Of a stretch of 29,479 bases of DNA, positions 1 through 10,643 are shown in pieces. How positions within the stretch are numbered: the stretch's first letter is position 1; the number at the start of each line of letters is the position of its first letter. The position numbers and the translations under genes are program-made. Location: positions 1-29,479 of IMG/VR virus record IMGVR_UViG_3300011437_000022. One strand, 5' to 3'. Source of the DNA: a virus (taxonomy: Duplodnaviria > Caudoviricetes). The notes beneath the pieces are model-generated. The model was given only the letters and a program-made list of their open reading frames with translations, searched no databases and was not told the DNA's origin.

Positions 1-3000
1 GAGCCCGAGGAAGCCACGCATCCCCTCCCTACAGCGCCTTTCTCCGATCGGTGGTACTCCGATCGCGGCGCCATGCCGGGGGAACCGTCGCATTTCCTGG
101 ACGGGGAGACGGTCGAGGATGCGAAAGGCGTCCTTATCGAGCGGGTTTCCGAGCAGGGTACGTCCTCCTGGGACGGATACCTCGCCGGCGGCCTCCCGGT
201 TGTGGATCGGGAGACGTTCGAAAACGCCGCGAAAAAGATGGAAGAAAGGGTTGACCGTGATACAATAGAAGCAGGGAAAGGGGGAGAAAATGCTCCAGTC
301 CTGGAAGGAACAGTTCGAGGAGAACTTGGAGATGTGCCGGCCGGATCTCCTGGCGCAATTGAGGAAGCAGGGGAAACTGGAACAGTACCTCGAAAGCCAC
401 GAGGACCAGGCGATCGAGATGGCGAAGAAACTCAAGAAGGACGGCCTGGAAGAGGATCAGGTCGTGGAACTCGTGATCGACTCCCTGTTTCTGAAAGAGA
501 AGGAGGATCCGGAGGACCTGTAGAAGAAGCCGTCCTTACGGATGTAGCCCCCGCCGTCGCCGCCGCAAACGAAGAATTCGGACTCACCCCAGGCAAAACC
601 GATTACGTCTTAACTCCCGAGGACGTGGATTTCAAGGGCCGCGGGGCAAAGACTCGTACCCGCGACAACATCGCGGCGATCAAACTCGCCATGCAACTCA
701 ACGAGGAAAACCGCCTCGCTACCCCCGAGGAACAGAAAACCCTCGTCCGGTACTCCGGATGGGGAGGGCTCTCGGATGCCTTCCACGGGGCAAGCTACAA
801 GCAGGATTGGATGGAGATTCGCCGGGAACTGTACGACCTCCTGGACACGGAGACGTATTCCGCGGCCAGGGATTCCATCTTGAACGCGCATTACACGTCG
901 ATCCAGGTGGTCGACGCCATGTGGGCGGCGGTGAAGGCGGCCGGCTTCACGGGCGGCCGAGTCCTCGAGCCCGGAGCGGGGATCGGGAACTTCCTCATGC
1001 GAACGCCCTTGGACGTCAAGGCAAAGACGCGGTTCACGGCGGTCGAGCTTGATCTCATGTCGGGGTCGATCCTGAAACAACTCAATCAGTCCCAGGACGT
1101 CCGGATCCAGGGATACCAGGAGACGTCCCTCTCGGATAACTTCTACGACCTGGCGATCTCCAACGTGCCTTTCGTGGAAACGCCGATCCTGTCGGATCCG
1201 AGGTTCACCCGTCAGCGGTTCGTCCTGCACGACTACTACTTCGCCAAAACCCTGGATAAGGTGCGCCCGGGCGGGTTGATCGCTTTCATCACGTCCCGGT
1301 ACACGATGGATAAGAAAGACGCCAAGATCCGGGAGTACATCGCCGGCAAAGCCGATCTCCTGGGCGCCATCCGTCTGCCACGGACGGCCTTCAAGGCGAA
1401 CGCGGCGACGGAAGTGGTGACCGATATCATCTTCCTGAAACGTCGACCGGACGGGCAAGCCCCCGCGGGGAAGGCGTGGAAGGGGCTCAAGCTGTACGGG
1501 ACGGAGAAGGGCTCGGCCGATCTCAACGAATACTACTTCGAACACCCGGAAAACGTCCTCGGACGGCACTCGTTCGCGGGATCCATGTACGGGCCAAATC
1601 AGTACACCGTCGACGCGGCCGATGAGTACGCAGACCTGGAAGAAGCCGTCCGGACCCGGGCCGAGCGGTTCACGGCCGGGACCTACGAGCCCAGGAAGAT
1701 CGCCTACGGAACGAAGAAGAAAACCGATCGGAAGGAGATTCAACTCGAGGGGATCTCGGCCATCCCGGAATCGTCCTTCCTCATCAAGGATGGCAAGGTC
1801 TACCAAAGGGTTGCGGATAAACTCGTAGAAGTGGCGTCCTCGCCGGCGGCGGTGAAGAAGTACAGGACGTTCATCGACCTGGGCGCCGCGGCGCGGGCCC
1901 TCGTCACCAATCAACTGGATCCGGAATACACCGACGAGAAATTCAACAAGGACCGCGGAGCCTTGAATCGCCTCTACGATGCGGCGACGAAGGGCAACGT
2001 CCGACTCGGGCACAAGACTAATCAGCAGTTCTTCGGTGAGGATCCGAACTGGAACTTGATTCGGGCCCTCGAGCATTTCGATTCGGATACGAAAACCGTC
2101 CGGAAGGCCGATATCCTCACCAAGCGCGTGGTACAGCCCAATCGGAAGGTGGAAAGCGCGTCCTCCCCCAGGGACGCTTTGCTCATCACCCTCCGGGAGA
2201 CGGGCGAGATCAACCTCCCGCGGATCGCGGAACTGCTCGGGACCTCCGAGGCGAAAGCCTGGGACGCCATCCGTGGAGACGCTTTCCAGACTCCGGACGG
2301 GTTGCTCGAAATCCGGGATCAGTACCTCTCGGGGAACGTCCGGAAGAAACTCCGCGAAGCAGAAGCGGCGGCGAAGATCGACCCGCGCTTCGGGCCCAAC
2401 GTGGAGGCCCTGGCCGCGGTGATCCCGGAGGACGTGCCTCCGGGGGATATCTACGTCAACTTCGGGGCCCCGTGGATCGCGCCGGAATACATCGACGAAT
2501 TCATCAAGGAAGTCCTCGAGGATCCCTACACCCGGACCACGTTCTACGCGGGTACTGGAACGTGGGGAATCGAACGGGGCCGGGGGTATCGGTCCTCGTC
2601 CAACGTGGCGCTTATGCAAGCCACCTACGGGACCAACCGGATAGACGCGATCGAGATCATCGCCCTGGCACTCAATCAGCAGGGGCCGAAGATCTACGAT
2701 ACGGTTCACGACGAGCAAGGCAACGAGCGGCGCGTCATCAATACCCCGGAAACCCTGGCGGCGAAACAGCGCCTCACGGACCTGAAAGCGAAGTTCCAGT
2801 CCTGGCTGTGGGAGGATGCGGAACGGACGAAGATCCTCCACCGAGCGTACAACGACAACTTCAACTCGTTCGTGGAACCCAAGCACGACGGGACGAAGAT
2901 CTACGACGTCGATGGGCGGGTCCTGGTGCCGGATCAGAATACCAACATCACCTTGCGGGCCACGCAGATCAACGCGGTTTGGAGGGCTTTAACGGAAGGC

Positions 3001-6000
3001 AATACCCTCCTGTGGCATGAAGTGGGTACGGGTAAGACCTTCATCATGGCCGCCCTGGCGAAGGAGCTTCGCCGCACGGGGGCCGCCCAGAAGCCGATGA
3101 TCGTGGTCCCGAAGGTGATCTTCGGGCAGATTCAACAGAACCTCATGACGCTGTTCCCTGGCGCCAAGGTCCTGGCGCCCTCGGCTGATGATTTCAAGCC
3201 GGCCAACCGCAAGCGGTTCCTCTACCGCATCGCTACCGGGGATTGGGATGCGATTGTGGTCACCAAAGAACATTTCCAGAAGATCCCGCCACCGGCCGAC
3301 GTGGAAGATGAAATGATCCGGGAGGCCCTGGACGAACTGGAACGGGCGATCGTAGCGGAACAGGGAGGGGACCGGGGAAAGAGAACTCCCACCCTGCGGC
3401 AACTGATAAAGCTCCGGGACCGCCTACGGGAACAGCTACAGAACCTCGCCAACGTGAAGAGGGACGAGGATACCCTCACGTTCGACCAACTCGGCGTGGA
3501 TTACGTCATGGTCGACGAGTCCCATTACTTCAAGAATCTCCGGTACACCACCCGAATGAACGGTGTCGCCGGCATGGGGAATCCCCAGGGCAACAAGCGG
3601 TCCTGGGATCTCTACGTCAAGTCGACCTACATCAACCGGATGACGAAAAACCGCGGAGTCCTGCTTTCCACCGGGACGCCGATCTCCAACTCGATCGCCG
3701 AACTCTACACGATCCAGAGATACCTCTCCCCGGATCTGTTGAAGGAACTCGATATCGCGGCTTTCGACTCCTGGGCGGCGACGTTCGCCTCCGTGGAGAC
3801 GGGCTACGAAATCACGGTCGACGGTGGGTACAAGGCCAAGGATCGGTTCTCGGATTTCAACAATATGCCGGAACTCTCCCGGATGGTGCGGCAGGTAGCC
3901 GATACCGTGACGGCGCAGATGGCGGGCGTCAAGCGCCCCACGGCCGAGCGAATCACGGTCGATTGCCCCGCTTCCCAGGAATACCTGGATTACCAGGATG
4001 CGATCTCCGCGCGCGCCGACGCCATCCGGAAACGGGAAGTGGATCCGCATATCGACAACTTCCCGAAGCTCTCCACGGACGGGCGCCATGCGGCTTTGGA
4101 TATCCGGCTACGGGTGCCCAACGCTCCGGATCATCCGGATTCGAAGGTCAATAAGCTCGTTGCAAACGTCCTCGAAGAGTACAAGAAAGGCAAGGAAGGA
4201 CGCCTCACGCAACTCGTGTTCATGGATCTCGGGGTAGAGGAAACGGGATCGGCGGCCGGGGTCCGGACCTACACCGACGTAAAGAACAAGCTCCTGAAAC
4301 TCGGGATCCCCCCGGGGGAACTGGCACTCATCCAGGATAAGAAGTACGACAAGGAGGAAGGACGCCTCGCCCTGTACGACGATATGAACTCGGGCAAGGT
4401 CCGGATCCTGATCGGGTCGACCTCGAAGATGAGCGAGGGAATGAACGTACAGAAACGCCTCGTCGCCCTGCACCACATGGACCCCACCTGGACGCCGATG
4501 GGAATCATGCAACGGGAAGGACGGATCCTGCGGCAGGGAAATACCAACGAGACGGTGAGGATCTACACCTACCTGACCACCGGCCGCGGCGGCAAGGCGT
4601 CGTTTGACGCCTTCATGTGGCAACTGATGGAGTCCAAGGCGGGCCCGATCTCGGAATTGCAGACCAACGCGACCCCGGCCAGGACGATGGGAGACGTCTC
4701 GGGGATCGTCTTGAACGCCGCTGAGTGGAAGGCTTTATCCACAGGAAATCCCCTGGTGGTGGAAAAGGTCAAGCTACAGGACGAATTCAACCGCTTAAAC
4801 GCCCTTGAAGCTCACCACCGATCGGCACAGTTCAACATCCCCTTGCAGATCGAGCGGATCATGGGGGATGCCAAGCAGGACGAGCGGCGTAAGGCGCGAG
4901 TGGAAAAAGACCTGGCGATCCTGGCCGCGCATCCGGACAAGGACGTGGTGACGATCGGTGGAAAGACCTTCGACGTCCGTGGCGGCGAAGGACAGAAGGA
5001 ACGGATGGAAGCCTTCTCGGGGGCCCTGGTCAAGATCCACGAGAAGATGATGAAAACCGAGCCCGCAACCACCTACGAGCAGGAACAGGCCGGATTCCGG
5101 AAGATCGGGGAGTACCGCGGGTACGAGATCGTGTCGGTCTACACGAAGTTCTACGATCATGGCGTGGATAAAGAGGCCGTATCAATCAAAATGGAACTCG
5201 AGTCCTCGGGTTCGGGGGGCTTCTATAGGATGTATGCGACCCTCGAGCCCGCGGGCGGGGACGGCTTGCGGGTCCGAAATATGCTCGATCGGACCATGAA
5301 CCAGATCACTCCGGAGGCGATCGACCGGATCCAGGAGGAGATCGACAAGCAGAAGGCCGGCGCCGATGCCCTCCGGAAGGAACTCGGAAAGCCTTTCAAG
5401 GACGCGAAGCGCCTGAAAGAGGTTGCCGATCGGCTCCGGGCGGTCGATATGGAGCTTGGGATCACCCAGGAGCGGGCCGAGGATGCCGTCAGCGCCGCGA
5501 TCGCCCAGGATGAGGTACTCCTGGACGAAGAAGCCGGGGAGAAGCCGGAAGGGCCGGAAGGCGGGACCACGCTGTACGCATCGCCCCTGGATCCCGCCTT
5601 GATCGCCCAGGCGTGGAGATCGTTGAAACAATCCACGGAGGAACTGAAAGAGAGGCATCGCCTCGCAAAAAGCGCGAAGGGTCTGGATCTCCAATGGTTC
5701 AACCGGAAGGTGAATACCCCCTACTACATCTTCACGGAGAAGTTTCCAAAGTACCGGGGGGTGTTCGACCGGATGCGGGAGATGATGCAGGAGCGGGACG
5801 ATATCGCCTCTTCCCTCGCGGAGGATGCCGTATCCTTCTTTTCGGGATTGGAATTTGCGGAGAAAGAGGCCGTCAACCGGCTCCTTATCAAGGGACGGTA
5901 TCAGCGGAAGGTCTACACCCGGGAGGAACTGGAACGCGACGGCAGACTCTCCGCGAAGCAGATCGACGCCTACTTCGGGATCCGGGCCATGCTCGATCGA

Positions 6001-8328
6001 GCCCTGGATATCTACGAGGACGGCATCATGTACCGGGTCACCAAGGGGAAGATGCAAGCCTCGTCGAATCTCTCGATCCCCCTCATAAAAGACGCCCTGG
6101 CCGGCCTCCACTACCCGGACGCGAAGATCGAGCAGATCGTGAAGCTCCTTACGGAAATGCGGGAGACGAAGCGGAAAGGGTACGCGCCGTTCGCTCGGTT
6201 CGGGCAATTCGCCTACGGGTACGTCCACGTCGGGGAGGACGGCACTCCGGATTGGCAGAATCCCTCGAACTACTTCGCCAAGGAAGAAACCGCGTGGAAG
6301 GCGGCCGAGAAGTACCAGGCGCTTCTCAAGCGGTTCCATAAGGGCATCGAGGAAGGCCGGCTCATCCCTGTACCGCCGAAGGAACTGAAACAGTCCGAGG
6401 AAGCGAAGCTCATCCAGGAGATCGGTGGGTTCGAACTGGAAGCCATCCGGAAGATCATGGACCTGGACCCGGAGATCGCGGCGTCTCTCAAGGATACGGT
6501 GGAGCAATTCTTCCAGGCTCAGGGGTTCAAAAAGCATTTCTTCGAATCGAAGGATTCCCCGGGGTTCTCCACGGACATGGAGCGGGCCCTTGCGGATTAC
6601 ATCGTCTCCCTGTCGGGGTTCGTCTCGAGGATCAAGGGTATCCCGGAGATGGACAACGCGGCCGCGGGGATGGAGCGCATCCCGGACCTGGCGCGGTATT
6701 ACCGGGAATGGAAGAATTACTCGATCTCCCCCCAGGAAGAATTCCACCAACTGCGGGCGGGGCTGTTCCTCTACTTCCTCGGCGGGAACGTCAAAAGCGC
6801 GGCGATCAACCTGACGCAGACCTTTGTAACGACGATCCCCTGGCTCACGCAGTACGTCTCGCCGTTCCGCGCCGCGGAGGAAGTCACCCGGGCGGTAAAA
6901 GATATGACGGCGGCGATGGGAAAGCGGGCGGATGGGTCCTTCGGCGTGGTGGTGGATAAACTCCCCAAGGATATCCGGGAGATCGTCCGACGCGGGTACG
7001 ACGAGGGGATCATTTCCGAGCAACTCGTCTATGACCTCATGGGGACGGCCCGCAAGCCGTCCTCGATCCGGAAGCTGTCCAAGCAGAAACAGCGGGCGGT
7101 GCGGGGGTTCGGCTACCTGTTCTCCCTCGCGGAGAAATCAAACCGGCTGATATCCTTGATCGCGGCGGCCAGGGTCCACATGGCCCTGGCGCAGAAACAC
7201 GCGGCGAAGATGGAGAAGTTCGAGGCGGGCGGCGGCCGCGGCGCCGGCCAGGAGCCCCCGAAGCCCCCGGGAGGCGGCGGGCCGATGCCGTTCGAAGAGG
7301 ATCCGTTCGAATTCGGCAAGCGGGCGACGGATGAGACGCAATTCATCTACGCGAAGTACAACCGTCCGGAAATGTTCCGCGGGTGGGGGTCCCTCCTGGG
7401 AACCTTCCGGACGTTCGTTATCAACTTCCTGGAATACCTCGCTCGGCTGTGGGGCCGCAAATCCATCAAGGCCGTGGCATCGGTGTTCGTCATGCTGTGG
7501 GCCTTCTCGGGACTCCTGGGGATGCCGTTCGCGCAGAACGTGAAGTTCATCCTCGAGGAAATCACGGGTATGGTCACCCACAAGAAACCGGACCTGGAAA
7601 CGGCCGTCCGTGAATGGGGCTACGACAACATGGGCGGCCCGGAATTCATGGATTACCTCCTGCATGGGCCGTTCCGACACGCCGCGGGATTCGATATCGG
7701 CGCCTCGGTAGGGGTGGGAGACGTCCTCCCGTTCTTCGATAAGGATTTCTCCCGCAACCCCCTCGAGGCGATCATCGGGGCGCCCGCGGAAGTCCTACTG
7801 AAACGCCCCGCGAGGGCCTATGGATACCTGAAAGAGGATCAGCCGTACCGGGCGGTTGAAACCGTGGCGCCGGAATTCATGCGGAATCCGATGTACGCGG
7901 CCAGGGTCCTGCGGGAGGGCGTCCTGGATCGCGCCGGCGGGCAGATCGTGGCGAAGAAGGACGTATCCGCGGGCGATGCGGCCAAGAAGGGCCTGGGGTT
8001 CATGCCGACGCAGATCGCCAAGTCCTACGAACGGGAAGAGGCGAAAGCCCGCATCGGAGAGCGGTCGGAACAACTGAAAAAAGACGCCACCAGGGCGCTA
8101 CTCGCGGCCCTGCGGGTCAAGGATACCAAGAAGGCTATCGCCATCCTGAAATCGACGGGGGCCAAGCCGGGAGTACCGCCCGAGGAATGGATACAGATCG
8201 ACGAGAAGGCGATCGAGAAGCAGATCGAAAACCAGATGCTACCCCCGGAACTTCGGGGCCTGATGAAGCAACCCGTCCTGCAACGGCCGGCATGGTTGAG
8301 AATGAATAAAGTCTACGGAGGGAAATGA
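1..8328 (+). CDS. Giant polyvalent virion protein: DarB-like N6-adenine DNA methyltransferase + SF2 (SNF2-like) helicase + C-terminal PLxRFG-type internal virion/ejection region; 5'-truncated by the window
   Basis: The frame is open from base 1 (EPEEATHPL...), so ATG 73 is probably internal. MTase motifs VLEPGAGIGNF and ISNVPF. Helicase motifs HEVGTGKT, VDESHYFKN, LSTGTPISNS and QREGRILRQGN. YAPFARFG at 6181-6204, followed by a helical region with hydrophobic segments. Confidence 0.88.
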   Translation, partial: EPEEATHPLPTAPFSDRWYSDRGAMPGEPSHFLDGETVEDAKGVLIERVSEQGTSSWDGYLAGGLPVVDRETFENAAKKMEERVDRDTIEAGKGGENAPVLEGTVRGELGDVPAGSPGAIEEAGETGTVPRKPRGPGDRDGEETQEGRPGRGSGRGTRDRLPVSEREGGSGGPVEEAVLTDVAPAVAAANEEFGLTPGKTDYVLTPEDVDFKGRGAKTRTRDNIAAIKLAMQLNEENRLATPEEQKTLVRYSGWGGLSDAFHGASYKQDWMEIRRELYDLLDTETYSAARDSILNAHYTSIQVVDAMWAAVKAAGFTGGRVLEPGAGIGNFLMRTPLDVKAKTRFTAVELDLMSGSILKQLNQSQDVRIQGYQETSLSDNFYDLAISNVPFVETPILSDPRFTRQRFVLHDYYFAKTLDKVRPGGLIAFITSRYTMDKKDAKIREYIAGKADLLGAIRLPRTAFKANAATEVVTDIIFLKRRPDGQAPAGKAWKGLKLYGTEKGSADLNEYYFEHPENVLGRHSFAGSMYGPNQYTVDAADEYADLEEAVRTRAERFTAGTYEPRKIAYGTKKKTDRKEIQLEGISAIPESSFLIKDGKVYQRVADKLVEVASSPAAVKKYRTFIDLGAAARALVTNQLDPEYTDEKFNKDRGALNRLYDAATKGNVRLGHKTNQQFFGEDPNWNLIRALEHFDSDTKTVRKADILTKRVVQPNRKVESASSPRDALLITLRETGEINLPRIAELLGTSEAKAWDAIRGDAFQTPDGLLEIRDQYLSGNVRKKLREAEAAAKIDPRFGPNVEALAAVIPEDVPPGDIYVNFGAPWIAPEYIDEFIKEVLEDPYTRTTFYAGTGTWGIERGRGYRSSSNVALMQATYGTNRIDAIEIIALALNQQGPKIYDTVHDEQGNERRVINTPETLAAKQRLTDLKAKFQSWLWEDAERTKILHRAYNDNFNSFVEPKHDGTKIYDVDGRVLVPDQNTNITLRATQINAVWRALTEGNTLLWHEVGTGKTFIMAALAKELRRTGAAQKPMIVVPKVIFGQIQQNLMTLFPGAKVLAPSADDFKPANRKRFLYRIATGDWDAIVVTKEHFQKIPPPADVEDEMIREALDELERAIVAEQGGDRGKRTPTLRQLIKLRDRLREQLQNLANVKRDEDTLTFDQLGVDYVMVDESHYFKNLRYTTRMNGVAGMGNPQGNKRSWDLYVKSTYINRMTKNRGVLLSTGTPISNSIAELYTIQRYLSPDLLKELDIAAFDSWAATFASVETGYEITVDGGYKAKDRFSDFNNMPELSRMVRQVADTVTAQMAGVKRPTAERITVDCPASQEYLDYQDAISARADAIRKREVDPHIDNFPKLSTDGRHAALDIRLRVPNAPDHPDSKVNKLVANVLEEYKKGKEGRLTQLVFMDLGVEETGSAAGVRTYTDVKNKLLKLGIPPGELALIQDKKYDKEEGRLALYDDMNSGKVRILIGSTSKMSEGMNVQKRLVALHHMDPTWTPMGIMQREGRILRQGNTNETVRIYTYLTTGRGGKASFDAFMWQLMESKAGPISELQTNATPARTMGDVSGIVLNAAEWKALSTGNPLVVEKVKLQDEFNRLNALEAHHRSAQFNIPLQIERIMGDAKQDERRKARVEKDLAILAAHPDKDVVTIGGKTFDVRGGEGQKERMEAFSGALVKIHEKMMKTEPATTYEQEQAGFRKIGEYRGYEIVSVYTKFYDHGVDKEAVSIKMELESSGSGGFYRMYATLEPAGGDGLRVRNMLDRTMNQITPEAIDRIQEEIDKQKAGADALRKELGKPFKDAKRLKEVADRLRAVDMELGITQERAEDAVSAAIAQDEVLLDEEAGEKPEGPEGGTTLYASPLDPALIAQAWRSLKQSTEELKERHRLAKSAKGLDLQWFNRKVNTPYYIFTEKFPKYRGVFDRMREMMQERDDIASSLAEDAVSFFSGLEFAEKEAVNRLLIKGRYQRKVYTREELERDGRLSAKQIDAYFGIRAMLDRALDIYEDGIMYRVTKGKMQASSNLSIPLIKDALAGLHYPDAKIEQIVKLLTEMRETKRKGYAPFARFGQFAYGYVHVGEDGTPDWQNPSNYFAKEETAWKAAEKYQALLKRFHKGIEEGRLIPVPPKELKQSEEAKLIQEIGGFELEAIRKIMDLDPEIAASLKDTVEQFFQAQGFKKHFFESKDSPGFSTDMERALADYIVSLSGFVSRIKGIPEMDNAAAGMERIPDLARYYREWKNYSISPQEEFHQLRAGLFLYFLGGNVKSAAINLTQTFVTTIPWLTQYVSPFRAAEEVTRAVKDMTAAMGKRADGSFGVVVDKLPKDIREIVRRGYDEGIISEQLVYDLMGTARKPSSIRKLSKQKQRAVRGFGYLFSLAEKSNRLISLIAAARVHMALAQKHAAKMEKFEAGGGRGAGQEPPKPPGGGGPMPFEEDPFEFGKRATDETQFIYAKYNRPEMFRGWGSLLGTFRTFVINFLEYLARLWGRKSIKAVASVFVMLWAFSGLLGMPFAQNVKFILEEITGMVTHKKPDLETAVREWGYDNMGGPEFMDYLLHGPFRHAAGFDIGASVGVGDVLPFFDKDFSRNPLEAIIGAPAEVLLKRPARAYGYLKEDQPYRAVETVAPEFMRNPMYAARVLREGVLDRAGGQIVAKKDVSAGDAAKKGLGFMPTQIAKSYEREEAKARIGERSEQLKKDATRALLAALRVKDTKKAIAILKSTGAKPGVPPEEWIQIDEKAIEKQIENQMLPPELRGLMKQPVLQRPAWLRMNKVYGGK
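258..266 (+). promoter_or_regulatory. Putative extended -10 promoter (TGnTACAAT) inside the giant gene, upstream of the nested ORF
   Basis: TG-A-TACAAT at 258-266 in otherwise GC-rich coding DNA, 23 nt before ATG 290. Purine-rich RBS GGGGGAG at 280-286. Confidence 0.5.
290..523 (+). CDS. Nested out-of-frame 77-aa acidic helical protein (loosely TnpV-like)
   Basis: Has its own RBS and candidate promoter. The sequence is protein-like and amphipathic (RPDLLAQLRKQGKLEQYL), while the giant-protein frame here degenerates to G/R/E/P-rich low complexity. Confidence 0.65.
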   Translation: MLQSWKEQFEENLEMCRPDLLAQLRKQGKLEQYLESHEDQAIEMAKKLKKDGLEEDQVVELVIDSLFLKEKEDPEDL

Positions 8329-10643
8329 TGAAAAAGAGATTCGCACAAGTCGGGTGGATCCTGTCGTTGCTTGCGGTCTGGGTGATGACGGCCGCGGGGG
8401 CGCCGACGATCACGAAGCGCCTCATCTACATGGAGGACCTGAAAACGGGCTACGGTATAGACAACGTGCCGACCTCTACGGGAGGGTCCATGTCGGTGAC
8501 CCGGATCCACCAGGAGGCGATCCCCTTCGCGGATAACACCTACCCGTATCCGTTGCCCTACGTCGACGCCCGGAGGTTCATGGACGGGGTAGATGGCCGG
8601 CCGACCCTGGCGGCCTGGGTGCTTGACCAGGCCAACGGCAACAGCCCTACCGTGGATACCGTCAAGGCGATTCAGGCGGCGGTGGACAACGCCTTGCAAA
8701 GCCATATTTCAAAGGTGTTCCTGGCCGATGGAATGTGGAAAACCACCGGGCCGATCCACCTGGGGTACGGGGAATCCTATCGCCAGGTGATTTTGGAGGG
8801 GGCGGGACGGGCGTTTATGTGCGATGTGGCGTTTCCTGGAACGATCATTGATGCGTCCTCCTTCTCGAACGCGCCGGCGATCGTAATTCAGGGAGGACGT
8901 TCCTCGGCGGTAAAGAAAATGTCGATCAAAGGGGCAAGCTATAGATACATGACGGACACCTTCTACACCCTCTTCCACTCGCAGACCTTGAGCTATACGC
9001 AAGTGTCCAATCCCGCCTCCTGGGTTTCCGGAATCACGGCGAACGGCATGACGAGGTACGCTCCTTACGCGGGAGTCGCTATTGACCCGTATTGCGGTTC
9101 GCGGCCTGGGACGTCCTACCCGGACGTCACATACCCCGCGTGGACTGGGATCGGATCCACGCAGTACGGGAAGAACCATTCCAGTCAGAGTACGGTGGAG
9201 GACGTGGAATTCAACGGGTTCTATGTTGACGTCGTGGTGAACCCTTCCGCGGAGGATGGGAACGGAGATTTCACGAAGATCATCCGATGCAATTTGATGG
9301 ATTCGGCTTATGGCGTTTCCGTTGGGCAGACGCAATCCAGAAACGTCTCCATTCAGAACACCGAATTCGCAAATATGCACACGCTCATCACCAATAACAA
9401 GCACGGGATCCAGGCCGGAACGCTCAATAGCAATATCGTCAACGTGAGCGGTGGGCAAGTGTTCCAGATATTCGATATCACGCACACGGGAGGGGCGGGC
9501 CCGCTGTACTTCGAAAACTTCTACGCGGAGGAGCTTGTCCGATTGGGATACGGCGGCGGGGCGACTTCCGTCAATAGCGGCATCGTTTTTGAAAGTTCCC
9601 AGATCTCCTATTTCGGTCTGGTGAATGGTCCCGTCACCGGCAGGGTCTACAACGTGCCGATCTACGAGGGGTGGTCCCCGCTGACCTTCCGGAATTCGCA
9701 ACTCTTCGGGTCGTTCCCGCTCATGCTTCTCAGTTCCCTAAGTACGGCACCCGTGCGGGTGGAGGATTCAACATGGAGGACCTTCGGCGGGGATGGGGAA
9801 ATATACGCGATTACCGATAACAACCAGAAACTCGCCTATAACTGGATGGCGGGAGGTTTGGCAAACCTGAACGGATCCCTCTCCGGAACGCTCATGGTAT
9901 CTTCTTTTACCGGTCTGCCGGACCCCACACCGAAGGGCCCGCCGTTCAAATATACGGATACCGTCGAGGGGATTAGCAACGCGAGAGAGATGGTCCACTC
10001 GTACAGCCGATGGGTCAAATACCCGGGCGGGGCAAGGGTTTCTCTTCAACAGGTGGGTATTGATGGGAATCAGTCCATTGCAAAGGCGTCTTTGACTTCG
10101 CCGCTGTTCGACGATTCGACGCTCCTTCTCACGTTTACCTATTCCGGGACGGTGCAGGCGAATTATAACGTCCTTCGGCTTGAGCCGGGGAGTATCCTCA
10201 TTGATCTTACCTCCAAGGCGCTTTTCGTCATCGACAACGTGACCGCGAACGCCGCGGATTGGGACGTCTCCGCGACGATGGTGACGAATTACTGGATCGA
10301 CAACACTTCGACGTATAACGTCATTACAGAGGTGGATCCCGCCGAGGCCTCGGGATATTTCTACCTCTACCAGACCTTCCATAAGCCGACCTATCAGCAG
10401 TTCCGGGGGAATATCGTGAGCGGTTCGGATAACGTCACGAATGTCCACAATTCTCAAGGAACCACGAGCGGCGTACCGACCTACTTCAAGGTGGGAGACT
10501 TGATGTTTAATAACCACAATATGTTCGATAACTACTTCCCGCCGGCGACGAAGATCATCGCCACGGGCGACGGGTGGATCCAACTGGATACGAACGTGAC
10601 TCACGATAATGCCGTAAATGTGCCGATCGAGCTGTACCGATGA
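8325..10643 (+). CDS. Tailspike/depolymerase-like right-handed beta-helix protein with N-terminal signal-peptide-like sequence
   Basis: DTVKAIQAAVDNA...KVFLADGMWK is the typical pectate-lyase-3-like start of phage beta-helices. G/N/S/T-rich. ATGA overlap with the giant gene. N-terminus MMKKRF + hydrophobic core + AGA. Confidence 0.72.
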   Translation: MMKKRFAQVGWILSLLAVWVMTAAGAPTITKRLIYMEDLKTGYGIDNVPTSTGGSMSVTRIHQEAIPFADNTYPYPLPYVDARRFMDGVDGRPTLAAWVLDQANGNSPTVDTVKAIQAAVDNALQSHISKVFLADGMWKTTGPIHLGYGESYRQVILEGAGRAFMCDVAFPGTIIDASSFSNAPAIVIQGGRSSAVKKMSIKGASYRYMTDTFYTLFHSQTLSYTQVSNPASWVSGITANGMTRYAPYAGVAIDPYCGSRPGTSYPDVTYPAWTGIGSTQYGKNHSSQSTVEDVEFNGFYVDVVVNPSAEDGNGDFTKIIRCNLMDSAYGVSVGQTQSRNVSIQNTEFANMHTLITNNKHGIQAGTLNSNIVNVSGGQVFQIFDITHTGGAGPLYFENFYAEELVRLGYGGGATSVNSGIVFESSQISYFGLVNGPVTGRVYNVPIYEGWSPLTFRNSQLFGSFPLMLLSSLSTAPVRVEDSTWRTFGGDGEIYAITDNNQKLAYNWMAGGLANLNGSLSGTLMVSSFTGLPDPTPKGPPFKYTDTVEGISNAREMVHSYSRWVKYPGGARVSLQQVGIDGNQSIAKASLTSPLFDDSTLLLTFTYSGTVQANYNVLRLEPGSILIDLTSKALFVIDNVTANAADWDVSATMVTNYWIDNTSTYNVITEVDPAEASGYFYLYQTFHKPTYQQFRGNIVSGSDNVTNVHNSQGTTSGVPTYFKVGDLMFNNHNMFDNYFPPATKIIATGDGWIQLDTNVTHDNAVNVPIELYR

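Noticed and set aside
251-266. TTGACC...TACAAT as a standard -35/-10 promoter
   Set aside because: Only 4 bp separate the hexamers; only the extended -10 reading is retained.
610-7023. Long minus-strand ORFs (610-2886, 3436-4089, 5182-7023 and others) opposite the giant gene
   Set aside because: Antisense shadows expected from high-GC codon bias; no motifs or RBS, and the plus frame has clear domains.
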